Shown: positions 8,775-18,322, counted from the first letter of the stretch. The stretch is 51,069 nt of DNA from an uncultured Gammaproteobacteria bacterium (GCA_964612595.1 CAZTFB010000003.1:98272-149340), one strand, 5' to 3'. Program-made: numbers and translations. Notes: generated by a model from the sequence alone, not told the origin.

Positions 8775-11700
8775 TAAAGGATCGGTAACGGGTTTGCTTG
8801 TTGCTGGTATTAGTGTTGTTGCGCTCATTGCGACAGTCGTAGGTATCGCTCAAAATAACGCTTCACGAAAAGCATCCGAAGCGGCACTTAACTCAACAGG
8901 TGTCATGTTGCAAGAAAATACCCTTAAAGTAGAGCGTCTTGACGATACTCATCTCGAAATATCAGGTATGATTTGTTACTCCCGCCATCTCCAAAGTGGT
9001 GGAAAAGAAGACTGGACATTATGGGTAACCGACAATCGAGGTAAACCAATGGATGGCGATAATGATGGAAGTCATATTGATGGGGGTCGACTTTCTGTAG
9101 CCGGTAATGGTAGCTTTCCAGCAACCTGTGAGTATGTCGACCGCGCAGCGGGTATTGGAAAAATGCTTGATAAGAATCAAAAACAGCCTCACCGATTTTC
9201 AGTTATTGCGACCTCATCACGACGTTTAACCCCAAGCTACTGTCCTGAGATATACCTCCACTATAGAGGGTCATGGTTCTCGGGCACGCCATTTGCAAAA
9301 ATTGCGCTTGATAAGATCGAGGGTGCCTGTGGACCCACGTCTGAGCCAACACCTACCGACAATCCAACCTCAACAGTACCAACTGATGAGCCCGAAGAAA
9401 CGCCAGCGCCAACTGACATACTCGCAACACCGACCTTTACCCCCACACCAACGCCCGACGGTACTATAAGCGGTCGTATCTCTATCTATGGCTGTAAAAA
9501 ACCAAACCGCGCATCGGTTGATTTTTGTACTGGAGAAACCTGTGATGAACTCAATGGCGGGAAGATTATTTCGCTGCCATTTACTTCCGGCCCATCAGCA
9601 CAAGGCGTTTGGCTTGATGATACAAATGATGATAATACATGGATATACAACTATAGAATAAGTGTCGATAAAGATAATAATCCATTGGAACCATCTAAAA
9701 CCTACTTTTTATCGCGAGCATTGGGGTGGTTTGACAACGATGCGCTGTTTATTGATTCTGAGCGAGAGCAAGCTGAAAAGCTACGAGTGAAACCAGGCAC
9801 ACAGAGAGACTTTAAGGTTTATGCCTCTCGCACATGTGGTTGTGCATTTGATGCTGTTGCTTATGTGAAAGACACAAGTGGCAATATCATTACTGAGCTC
9901 GATAATAAACCTGGCATATACGGAACTGCCAATAATAAACAGTTTTATGATCGCGGCGACAAACCCGTGGAATCAGTCCCATTCAATAATTTGGGAAGCA
10001 ATCCTGGTCGTATAGATGTGCATATTACTGACTTAGGTGATTTTAGAGACTCCCGTACATGGGGTCGTGACGCACTAGCTGCTGTAAAGCTCTATGCTGA
10101 TGACTATCGCGTAGTAAAACAAGAATGCACAAGCAAAAATGCAAGTACACCGTCGTGTCCTGGATATACCACAACATGGAGTGAAACTGATATGACTAAA
10201 CTGCGCAATCCGAAGATATTTGAAAACCTTCGAGTTGCATGTAATACAAATCTTGAGTATGGTTGGATCATCGAAAAGATTCCTCCTACCCCTACTCCAC
10301 AGCCCCCAGCAGCACAACCACCAGTGGGTGGAGCACCGATTGGCTCAATAGCATGCGCACTACGTGACGACAACAATGCGAATGCAGCACAAAACGAAGG
10401 TTGTAAACCACGCAACTTCAGAATTAAAGAAATAAAAGAGCGAACTGCTAATCTTGAGTGGGATATTGCAGACAACTGTCCAACGTTTGTACGCGGTACC
10501 GATCGCTACTGGATAATTGTTAAAGATAAGGACACAGGTGAGATCGTCGCTTCTCGGAAAGGAATGAAAGACGAAGATGCTGGTGTAAAAACTAGTGATC
10601 GCAACCCAGGAGAACCCCCACACCAAGTCAGTGTTGTACGTAGAGAATATTATGATGAAGGCCAAGAGTATACAGCTTATCTTTACTCCTACTTAGATAA
10701 TAATGCCTCCTGTATGAGTAGTCCAGTATCGCTCAACTTTACGGGTGTTGCGCGCGATGACTCTGAAGAACCTGAGGAGCCAGGTGACCCAGGTAGTGGT
10801 GGCGGTGTATGTCCACAGTGGTGTGCAAACGAATCATACTGTAGAAGTCAAGGTTACGTACCAAAAGATCCACCGGCTGGTGAGCACTGTAGCGTCGCTG
10901 GCGACAAGTGGTGTTGTCCACCTGGAACCGAACCCCCTGGCGGTGGCGGTAGTGGCCCAGGCAACCCTGGCCAGCCAGGAAATCCTCCAGGACCAGGAGG
11001 ACAAGGCGTATGTCCCGCTAACTCTCGAGGCATCCCGGGGTTCGAGGGAGAGTCATTTACAAAATTTAGCCCAGAAAGTGATCGTGAGGTATGTTTGAGC
11101 TATTATCAAGGCACACAACCTGTTGATGCCAGTGATGGTGGATTCTGTTGTAGAACGGGCTCATCAAGCAATCCTGGACGTGGAGGCTCAGGGAGCAATG
11201 AATATGGAACATGCGATACTGCACAGAATGAGTATGGTATCGGTGGCCGACCACCAGCATTTAAATATGCTAATCTTGCTGAACGACAGTGTCGCGATAT
11301 GGGTGGAGACTGTAGTGCTCAAAAATCTCGCAATGGCTCTGGATACTGTAGCAAGGTCGCTGCGCCAACATCCACAGCAGTATGCCCATCAACCCATAAC
11401 AAGATCCTAGTTCCTCCTGGTGTGTGTGCTCCAGATGATATTGTACGTGTACGTAACTTGGGTAAAAATGAGGTATGCTGTAAAAAACAACCCTCATCAC
11501 CAGAAATTCCTTCTTGCGCTTCAAAAGGAATTGATAAGTCCGGTTCAAACGAAAGATGTAGCGCATATGCAGTGAAACTTGAAGGACAAGAGTTTATTTG
11601 TAAAAGTGACAGTGGTCTTACACATCGATGTTGTAAAGCAGATGCTAAAGTAGACGATAGAACTGCTGGAAATGCCAAGTGTATTCCACTTGAGCTGCCT

Positions 11701-12240
11701 AAAAGCTTGTTTACTGTGCGCTTTAAGGGTACGACTGAGTTTGCTGATGCAATAACAGTTAACCCCCTCACCGTGTGCAAAGGGGTAACATGTAAAGAGA
11801 TAGTTGGTGATATCCATATACAATTCAAGCCATGGGGTGGTGAATACTCTTTTGATGTGCCACTCGAAAATTTAGATGCTGGTAAGCTCACAATTGGATG
11901 CAACATATCTCTTTCCGATTCTAGATTTACCCCCTGTCGAACTTTCACTATCGAAATACCTAAAGATAGTGGAGGTTGTCGAGAATACCTCATAAGCATT
12001 AAAGACAATAAAATGACTAAAAATGAACCCGGTGGGAATTGTAAGGCCGGTACTTCAGCCCAGGTTGAACCTGAGCAGCTCGATGTGAATGGAGACGGCG
12101 TGATAAATACCATCGATCTACAATACCTCTACGACGAATACGGCGCCGAAGGCGCAACAACATCAGATGTAAATAAAGATGGTACGGTCAATGCGCTCGA
12201 TCTCTCCGTATTTATGGACTCTTTCGGGACCGAGCTCTAA
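8761..12240 (+). CDS. very large surface protein: anchor, PT linker, conserved module, FN3-like module, four Cys-rich CC-motif repeats, dockerin pair
   Basis: 1159-aa ORF. FN3-like stretch PRNFRIKEIKERTANLEWD...YTAYLYSY. Repeated modules end in WCCPPG, FCCRTG, VCCKKQ and RCCKAD. C-terminus is DVNGDGVINTIDLQYLYDEYGAEGATTSDVNKDGTVNALDLSVFM. Confidence 0.85.
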   Translation: MKLNNKGSVTGLLVAGISVVALIATVVGIAQNNASRKASEAALNSTGVMLQENTLKVERLDDTHLEISGMICYSRHLQSGGKEDWTLWVTDNRGKPMDGDNDGSHIDGGRLSVAGNGSFPATCEYVDRAAGIGKMLDKNQKQPHRFSVIATSSRRLTPSYCPEIYLHYRGSWFSGTPFAKIALDKIEGACGPTSEPTPTDNPTSTVPTDEPEETPAPTDILATPTFTPTPTPDGTISGRISIYGCKKPNRASVDFCTGETCDELNGGKIISLPFTSGPSAQGVWLDDTNDDNTWIYNYRISVDKDNNPLEPSKTYFLSRALGWFDNDALFIDSEREQAEKLRVKPGTQRDFKVYASRTCGCAFDAVAYVKDTSGNIITELDNKPGIYGTANNKQFYDRGDKPVESVPFNNLGSNPGRIDVHITDLGDFRDSRTWGRDALAAVKLYADDYRVVKQECTSKNASTPSCPGYTTTWSETDMTKLRNPKIFENLRVACNTNLEYGWIIEKIPPTPTPQPPAAQPPVGGAPIGSIACALRDDNNANAAQNEGCKPRNFRIKEIKERTANLEWDIADNCPTFVRGTDRYWIIVKDKDTGEIVASRKGMKDEDAGVKTSDRNPGEPPHQVSVVRREYYDEGQEYTAYLYSYLDNNASCMSSPVSLNFTGVARDDSEEPEEPGDPGSGGGVCPQWCANESYCRSQGYVPKDPPAGEHCSVAGDKWCCPPGTEPPGGGGSGPGNPGQPGNPPGPGGQGVCPANSRGIPGFEGESFTKFSPESDREVCLSYYQGTQPVDASDGGFCCRTGSSSNPGRGGSGSNEYGTCDTAQNEYGIGGRPPAFKYANLAERQCRDMGGDCSAQKSRNGSGYCSKVAAPTSTAVCPSTHNKILVPPGVCAPDDIVRVRNLGKNEVCCKKQPSSPEIPSCASKGIDKSGSNERCSAYAVKLEGQEFICKSDSGLTHRCCKADAKVDDRTAGNAKCIPLELPKSLFTVRFKGTTEFADAITVNPLTVCKGVTCKEIVGDIHIQFKPWGGEYSFDVPLENLDAGKLTIGCNISLSDSRFTPCRTFTIEIPKDSGGCREYLISIKDNKMTKNEPGGNCKAGTSAQVEPEQLDVNGDGVINTIDLQYLYDEYGAEGATTSDVNKDGTVNALDLSVFMDSFGTEL

Positions 12241-12270
12241 TTGACAAACAATTCACAACATATCTATAAT
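12241..12270 (+). promoter_or_regulatory. sigma70-type promoter (TTGACA-18 nt-TATAAT) driving a leaderless cohesin-like gene
   Basis: TTGACA at 12241-12246, 18-nt spacer, TATAAT at 12265-12270, ATG at 12277 six nt downstream. The TTG used as a start in the ORF track is the -35 hexamer. Confidence 0.65.
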
Positions 12271-12276
12271 GAATGC

Positions 12277-12879
12277 ATGGACACTCTCGCTGTTACTGTG
12301 CGTAAAGATCTTAAGGATTTTTTTACCCTTAGCCCCCAGGTAAAGTTCTTACTCACCATACAGCTCATCATTCTTTTCATTCTCAGCATTCTTATTGGTG
12401 TCATGTTTTCGCCCAAGTTCAAACAGAATGTCCTTCATCAAACGATACCAAATACCACCTTGAAGAACACACAAGACACGGGTGTGCGCCTTGTCTTGTT
12501 GCCTCAAGATAAATTCATCAAGCTTGGTGATGAAATCACTTTTTATGTCACTATGAGCGGAGACCCCGCATATGCAGTAGATACCGTCATTCAATATGAC
12601 CCAACTGTACTCCTTGTGAGGTCGGTTGAAAACGGAGACGTTTTTGATCGCATCATCTTAAATCAACTCGAATCTGGTTTAATCACCTTCTCTGCTGCTT
12701 ATGAACCTGGAAAAAATACATTTAAAAAAGAAGGTATTGTGCTAACGTTTAAGGCAAAAGCGTTAAAAAAGTCCCAAGAAACAATCATTCATTTCGACCT
12801 AGATCGCACAATAGCTGCCCAGGATGGCAAAAACATATTACATACGGCAGAGCCAGCCATTTTACATATATTTGATTAA
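12277..12879 (+). CDS. membrane-anchored single-cohesin-like protein
   Basis: TM helix FLLTIQLIILFILSILIGVMF. Cohesin-like signature VIQYDPTVLLVRSVENGDVF ... GIVLTFKAKALKKSQETIIHF. The start is moved from TTG 12241 to ATG 12277 (see promoter). Confidence 0.75.
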   Translation: MDTLAVTVRKDLKDFFTLSPQVKFLLTIQLIILFILSILIGVMFSPKFKQNVLHQTIPNTTLKNTQDTGVRLVLLPQDKFIKLGDEITFYVTMSGDPAYAVDTVIQYDPTVLLVRSVENGDVFDRIILNQLESGLITFSAAYEPGKNTFKKEGIVLTFKAKALKKSQETIIHFDLDRTIAAQDGKNILHTAEPAILHIFD

Positions 12880-12882
12880 ACA

Positions 12883-14997
12883 ATGAAAACTTTATCACTC
12901 GCCGTTATAGCACTCATGACAATAGGCCTTTTTGTCGGCGTGTCGTTTGTCACCAATCCACGATTACAGCAGCGTACCACCGAGGCATCAGTACCTCCTG
13001 AGCTTGTAGAAGTTACAAATCAGGATGTATCTATCGAGTTTACTAGCCTTGCTCCTCATAACCGATGGGACTACATGCTATCTGGTGGGCTTTGTTTTAC
13101 CAATAACCCGCCTTCAAACGGAAAATGGAAAGTCGCCGTCTATCACGATGACCTACTGAGCCCTGAAATTCCCATCGGTGCAAGTGTACAAAAAGCCGTA
13201 GGCAATCCATCAACGGCACGCTGCCGAGATGGTTCCCCCATGCTTTTATTTAATGCACCAATAAATATGCCTCCCTCGAGTAGATTGCCCGAAGGTGCAG
13301 ATTGTTTACCCGCCGGAAATCTTGATGTGCGTGTCGATACCGCTGGACCGCCATGGCAGATTCAGCCAGAAGTAGCAACAATTGACCGTGGCTATTTTTG
13401 TCCAGATGAACCTAACCCTACTGGAGATCCAAACAGTACCCCTACCCCTGCCGCTCCAGGGACAATAACTGTGAATCTCCAACTCGAAGGTGATTGGAAA
13501 TCAAACTTTAATGAATTTCAAGCTACAGCGATGACATGCGACTTCGCTGAGGACGGTCTCCCCGATTGGGAAACGTGCGGTTCAGGAGGTAATAAAACCT
13601 CAAACACAGATGTGACACGTAAAGGAAGTGGTAGCTCGATAAATAAAACGGTGAATCTTACTATTTCAGACACTCCTGGAGGACCAAAGGCGCTCGTCCT
13701 TTTCTATGACTATAAACGAACCGACGGAAAAGCAGATAATACTGGTGTCAAGGTTGAACCTATAAATAATACCAACTGTGGACCTTCATATGTAGATTTT
13801 GGAGCTTATGTCTGTGGTGTTGAACTTGGTGCTGCTGGTCTTACAACCACATTTAAGCTCAAAATACCAACACCAAATGCAACAACTTATGAATTGCGCC
13901 TTGGAAAGGAAGAAGCAGAAACTCGTGAAATTCTTGATCCGTGTACACATGCAATAGATTCAAATAATAAACAAGGTACAGTCGCAACCGGCGAACGGGG
14001 TCAGTGTAGTTCTGTAGCAGTAGGTAATAATTTTAAAGTCACATATCATAATAGCGGAAGCACTGAAGAAAAATTATACTGGTTGCTTGGTCGATGTAAT
14101 GGAACCTATGATGAAAATGAGGGCTATTGTGAGATAAACGCACCAGTTGAAACAACTGAGCTCGTGCAAAATTTCTTTGAGCTTGAAAATGCGACAACGC
14201 TTGCCGCTGGACAGGTTCTTGTGTGTACCTTTGATAAATCTAAATATCCAACTACGGAAAATGAGGCAAACGTGCGAAGTTCTGGAGCTGTGGTTTGCGA
14301 GAGTGTTGCACCTACACCTACACCTATTAACTCCCCCACGCCAACCGTTGCGCCAACAGCTACCAATACTCCAACCCCAACAGCATCAACTAATCCGCCA
14401 ACGGCGACTCCCACCCCAAGCGGTGCTGAGTCAGACTATTTCACAGGTATTTCTTTCTACAATGGTTCATCAAAAGCCGTCACAAGTATTACTACAATAA
14501 CCTGTTATGGCCCAGATAGATCGCAATGTGTATCTGAACTTGTCAACACCTCCATTCAGCCTCGCCAAAGGGGCACTGTTGAGACTAATCTCGTTTTACC
14601 ACGTAATGTGAACGAATATAGTGTGAAGTGTCGTGTCACTTTTGAAGGTAGTTCATCGCCTATAAATTGTCCGAACGAGGTTGTAACCCCTATTCGACAA
14701 AATGTGATCTATCGTATTGTCGCATCTGAGGCTGGAGGAATATCGGGCCAAGGCGTCACAGAGATTGATGCATGTGATGTAAATAAAGATTCCTGTTGTA
14801 ATGCAAATGATTTCTCAGTGGTTGCAACCAAGTATGCACAAGAGGTTGAGCCTACAGCTCAAAATTCCTCAGATATTAATGGAGACGGCATAATTAATGG
14901 ATTCGATCTTGTATTTACTCAAGCTAATTTCGGCAAGGGATTAGGATGCCAGTTCAATCTTGCTCCAGAATTGAAACCTGAACTGCGTCGGGATTAG
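12883..14997 (+). CDS. secreted protein with conserved N-terminal domain, PT linker and dockerin-like pair
   Basis: 704-aa ORF with an N-terminal TM/signal segment. The N-terminal domain is paralogous to the 7089 ORF. PT linker APTPTPINSPTPTVAPTATNTPTPT. C-terminus is DVNKDSCCNANDFSVV ... DINGDGIINGFDLVF. Confidence 0.8.
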   Translation: MKTLSLAVIALMTIGLFVGVSFVTNPRLQQRTTEASVPPELVEVTNQDVSIEFTSLAPHNRWDYMLSGGLCFTNNPPSNGKWKVAVYHDDLLSPEIPIGASVQKAVGNPSTARCRDGSPMLLFNAPINMPPSSRLPEGADCLPAGNLDVRVDTAGPPWQIQPEVATIDRGYFCPDEPNPTGDPNSTPTPAAPGTITVNLQLEGDWKSNFNEFQATAMTCDFAEDGLPDWETCGSGGNKTSNTDVTRKGSGSSINKTVNLTISDTPGGPKALVLFYDYKRTDGKADNTGVKVEPINNTNCGPSYVDFGAYVCGVELGAAGLTTTFKLKIPTPNATTYELRLGKEEAETREILDPCTHAIDSNNKQGTVATGERGQCSSVAVGNNFKVTYHNSGSTEEKLYWLLGRCNGTYDENEGYCEINAPVETTELVQNFFELENATTLAAGQVLVCTFDKSKYPTTENEANVRSSGAVVCESVAPTPTPINSPTPTVAPTATNTPTPTASTNPPTATPTPSGAESDYFTGISFYNGSSKAVTSITTITCYGPDRSQCVSELVNTSIQPRQRGTVETNLVLPRNVNEYSVKCRVTFEGSSSPINCPNEVVTPIRQNVIYRIVASEAGGISGQGVTEIDACDVNKDSCCNANDFSVVATKYAQEVEPTAQNSSDINGDGIINGFDLVFTQANFGKGLGCQFNLAPELKPELRRD

Positions 14998-15301
14998 AAG
15001 ATTTGGTTTTTTTAGCTGACTTCTTTGTTGCAACTACCGGAAACACCCCTAGATCTTTAAGCTTCCACATAAACAAGGCTCCTTTTCGACGTGCGCCCGA
15101 ATCAACGACAAACTGCAGAGCTTTTAACAATATCGGGCGCGGTAGTTGTTTTGAGAGTTTGATATAAAGACTTTTACGTTTTTCATCGTCTAGCTTCTCC
15201 GCAAGATGGACACCAAACGACTGATATTCACGCGAAATATAACGATCTTTTGTAGGATTAAACGTCTTTAATACGTCCTTAATGGAGTCCATATTCCCCA
15301 T
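14954..15301 (-). CDS. small basic hypothetical protein, divergent from the ATP-grasp operon
   Basis: 115-aa ORF with no family recognised. It shares a divergent promoter region with the 15341 gene. Its 3' end overlaps the convergent 12883 ORF by 44 nt. The tail is K/S/T/D-rich (ATKKSAKKTKSSNPD). Confidence 0.45.
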   Translation of the reverse strand: MGNMDSIKDVLKTFNPTKDRYISREYQSFGVHLAEKLDDEKRKSLYIKLSKQLPRPILLKALQFVVDSGARRKGALFMWKLKDLGVFPVVATKKSAKKTKSSNPDAVQVSILEQD

Positions 15302-15340
15302 TAGTATACAGTATTGTAATAGCCCATAATATGATATAAT

Positions 15341-16054
15341 ATGAGCATGTTTGCACCATTAATACAGTACTTAATTCGTAGCGGTATTTCAGAGTACACC
15401 ATACTCATGTTACTCTTTTTGCCCGTTGTGACTGTTCTCATTACTATCGCGCGCTACGTTATTGGTTGGAGAACCATAAACATCTATACGACAGTATTAC
15501 TTTCATACGCGTTATTCGATCTTGGTTACATTCGCAAAGGCTCAATAGACTATGCCAGTACTATTTTTTATGGGAGTCTGTTATTCGTCATCACATCAAC
15601 TATCGCAATTATGGTTCACTCTTGGCTACATAGTATTCGTCTCCATTATCTCTCAAAAGTAAGTATAGTCACATCTTTCGCAACAGTTGGTGTATTTGCT
15701 CTTCTTTACGCATCAACATTTTTAAAAGAAATTTCACTCAACGATATAACACCCCTCACAATTTTATTATTTATAATTTCAATTGAAGCTCTTGTGAAGT
15801 CATATGTTCGCCACGGTATGAAAAAAGCTCTCAATCTTATGGTATTGACAATCATTCTTACAGCCCTTATTTTTATGCTTATGAGCCAAGAAGTCCTTCA
15901 AAATGCGCTCATTGACTATCCAGAATTATCTCTCCTTATGATAGTGGCAAGTTTTGTTGTCGGAAAATGGCGTGGCCTAAAGCTAGTAGAATACGTACGT
16001 TTTAGAAATATCTTAAGCCAAAACTCCTATGATTCTGAAGATATTAGCGAATAG
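15341..16054 (+). CDS. polytopic (about 7 TM) membrane protein, first gene of the ATP-grasp cluster
   Basis: 237-aa ORF that is hydrophobic throughout. An extended -10 (TGATATAAT, 15332-15340) sits immediately upstream. The second ATG at 15347 lies 6 nt after the -10, so the true leaderless start may be 15347. Confidence 0.75.
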   Translation: MSMFAPLIQYLIRSGISEYTILMLLFLPVVTVLITIARYVIGWRTINIYTTVLLSYALFDLGYIRKGSIDYASTIFYGSLLFVITSTIAIMVHSWLHSIRLHYLSKVSIVTSFATVGVFALLYASTFLKEISLNDITPLTILLFIISIEALVKSYVRHGMKKALNLMVLTIILTALIFMLMSQEVLQNALIDYPELSLLMIVASFVVGKWRGLKLVEYVRFRNILSQNSYDSEDISE

Positions 16055-17465
16055 ATCGCGCATTCTCGGTCTTAATGAACGCAATATCTCGTACGTTAAA
16101 AAGTACAATCTCCCCTCTGCTCGAAAAATTGCTGATAATAAACTTCTCACGAAAAAAATCCTTGCTGAAATTGAAGTGCCAACTACTCGCGTTTTACATA
16201 TAATTAAAAACACTGAGCAACTAAGCAAGCTCGATATCGAAACTCTTCCCAAATCGTTCGTTGTCAAACCAGGCAGTGGTGTTGCAGGTCAAGGAATTGA
16301 AATAATATATAACCGCGACAAACAAGGTAACTTTATCAATGCATTAGGTCAAAAAATTTCTCCTGAAGCACTCAACTCTCTCATGGCTAGTATTTTGGAG
16401 GGCGCATTCTCACTCAACTATAGCCCCGATAAGGTTCTCATCGAAGAACGAGTCCAACCCCACCATAAACTCCGTCCGTATAGTTACAAAGGGGTACCCG
16501 ACATACGCGTTATTGTATTTAAAAATGTGCCAGTAATGGCAATGATTCGCTGGCCGACGAAAGATTCTGCTGGCAGAGCTAACTTTTCACAGGGTGCTGC
16601 AGGTAGTGGTATCGATTTGGCCACAGGTATTACAACACATACAATAAAAGAAACAAAAGAAGGTCGTATTGTTGATCTTGAATTTGTGGAAAATACGCGC
16701 ATTCGTTATTCAGGTTTTAAAGTCCCCTATTGGGATAAAATCCTTACTAATGCAGTTAAGTCGGCGAAAGCTGCTGGCCTCGGATTCTGCGGTGTTGACT
16801 TTCTTATTGATCGAGAACGAGGCCCCCTTGTTGTTGAAATCAATGCTCGTCCTGGATTGCGTATTCAACTTGCGAATCAGGATGGTCTTAGGTGGCGACT
16901 TGCGCAAATAAAGCACGTTCGTGTAAAAACACTTGCGCATGGCGTGAGATTAGGCAAAGATCTTTTTGGAGGTGAGGTCGAGGAAGAAATTGAGGCTATT
17001 GCAGGTAAAAAAGTTATCGGCCTCATTCAGCCTGTAAAGCTGTATCATAAGTCGGAGAAGCGTAGCTCAACAGTTATGGCGAAAATCGATACAGGAGCGA
17101 CCTATTCATCTATTGATCGACAGGTCGCAATAGATTTGGGCTATGGGAAGGCAGTCAAGGAGTTTGAGTCTCTTGATATTCCAAAACAGATTCCTACCCG
17201 AGAAGAAGGTGTTGCTATTAGTGAGAAATACCATACCATGCTTACTGAGGGAAATAGTGATATAGTCAATACAGAAGTCATTATTAATAGTAATGGTCGA
17301 AGTTATCGCATAATATTAGGAATTCGAGCAAAGATGCAAGATAAGGAGTTTTTAGTCCATGCCACGGTTATAGACCGCACAAATTTAGCTTATCCAATGA
17401 TTGTGGGAAAAAAAGATCTTAGCGACTTTCTTGTCGATACTACTAAAAAAACTTTGATCACATGA
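16029..17465 (+). CDS. ATP-grasp ligase (alpha-L-glutamate-ligase-related/RimK-like) fused to a C-terminal retropepsin-like aspartic peptidase domain
   Basis: 478-aa ORF. The N-terminus ILGLNERNISYVKKYNLPSARKIADNKLLTKKIL and VVKPGSGVAGQGIEII ... GVDFLIDRERGPLVVEINARPG are ATP-grasp signatures. The C-terminal MAKIDTGATYSSID carries a D-T-G-A aspartic protease motif. Confidence 0.75.
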   Translation: MILKILANRSRILGLNERNISYVKKYNLPSARKIADNKLLTKKILAEIEVPTTRVLHIIKNTEQLSKLDIETLPKSFVVKPGSGVAGQGIEIIYNRDKQGNFINALGQKISPEALNSLMASILEGAFSLNYSPDKVLIEERVQPHHKLRPYSYKGVPDIRVIVFKNVPVMAMIRWPTKDSAGRANFSQGAAGSGIDLATGITTHTIKETKEGRIVDLEFVENTRIRYSGFKVPYWDKILTNAVKSAKAAGLGFCGVDFLIDRERGPLVVEINARPGLRIQLANQDGLRWRLAQIKHVRVKTLAHGVRLGKDLFGGEVEEEIEAIAGKKVIGLIQPVKLYHKSEKRSSTVMAKIDTGATYSSIDRQVAIDLGYGKAVKEFESLDIPKQIPTREEGVAISEKYHTMLTEGNSDIVNTEVIINSNGRSYRIILGIRAKMQDKEFLVHATVIDRTNLAYPMIVGKKDLSDFLVDTTKKTLIT

Positions 17466-18322
17466 GAAACTACGTAATACTCTCCTCGAAACCCGAACAT
17501 GTATCTAAGTATAAATTTAAACAGCACACGTATTCTTATTCAAATGTATCAATATTTCTTAATCCAGCAGACAAAAAACAAAAAATCAAGGTGCTGATTA
17601 ATGGTACAGACGTCACTACATTTAATTTCGTGTATTTTCGTACTTGGAGAAAGTATGAAAACATTGCAACCCCGATAGCCTTATGCTTAAAGTCACTCAA
17701 AATTCCCTTTATTGATTCTGAAGTTGCTCGCAATCTATTAGATTCAAAGTCATTTGAGTATGTCACATTTATTCAAAATAATCTTCCAATTCCTCGCACA
17801 GTCATCGCTCATGCAGTACAATTAACATCTTTAGAACATGAATTGATGTCGTTTTTGACATACCCATTTATTCTTAAACTATCTGAAGCTAAACAAGGAC
17901 TAGATAACTATCTAGTTCGCTCACATAAAGAACTTTGCGAAATTCTTACATCCTACTCAGACGACCAGCTTTTTATAGCACAAGAATTTATTCCTAATGT
18001 AAGCGATTACCGATTGGTCATGACAAATTATGCATTATCCTACGCATACCAGAGAATACGAAGTGCGGACTCGCCTTCCCACCTTAACAACATATCGCAG
18101 GGAGCAAAGCGAAGAAGAGTCGCGAACATTACAGCGATACATGAACTCACTCTATTGGCTGCAAAGGCGAGCAAATTGCTTCACAGAGAAATATGTGGTG
18201 TTGACATTATTATTGATGCAAAAACCCAAAAGCCATATTTGTTAGAAGCAAACTCATCACCGCAACTTACCTATCTTCCAGTTCTTAAAAAAGTTAAAGC
18301 ATTTCTCAGCACATATGAATAA
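17462..18322 (+). CDS. RimK-like ATP-grasp ligase (paralog 1)
   Basis: 286-aa ORF with an ATGA overlap. Signatures: FILKLSEAKQGLDNYLV, FIAQEFIPNVSDYRLVM, ICGVDIIIDAKTQKPYLLEANSSPQL. Confidence 0.75.
   Translation: MRNYVILSSKPEHVSKYKFKQHTYSYSNVSIFLNPADKKQKIKVLINGTDVTTFNFVYFRTWRKYENIATPIALCLKSLKIPFIDSEVARNLLDSKSFEYVTFIQNNLPIPRTVIAHAVQLTSLEHELMSFLTYPFILKLSEAKQGLDNYLVRSHKELCEILTSYSDDQLFIAQEFIPNVSDYRLVMTNYALSYAYQRIRSADSPSHLNNISQGAKRRRVANITAIHELTLLAAKASKLLHREICGVDIIIDAKTQKPYLLEANSSPQLTYLPVLKKVKAFLSTYE

Noticed and set aside
11319-12113. 264-aa antisense ORF inside the 8761 gene, and similar antisense ORFs throughout (e.g. 10104..10475, 41382..41867, 44215..44565)
   Set aside because: The sense frames encode recognisable domains (dockerin, ACL, oxidoreductase). 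The antisense products have no motifs, start signals or leaderless-promoter context.
12241-12276. TTG start at 12241 for the cohesin-like gene (ORF track), and likewise ATG 3195 and ATG 34242
   Set aside because: TTG 12241 is the first base of a perfect TTGACA -35 hexamer. ATG 3195 lies inside the -10 box. ATG 34242 lies upstream of the promoter. Downstream ATGs sit 6-7 nt after the -10 boxes.
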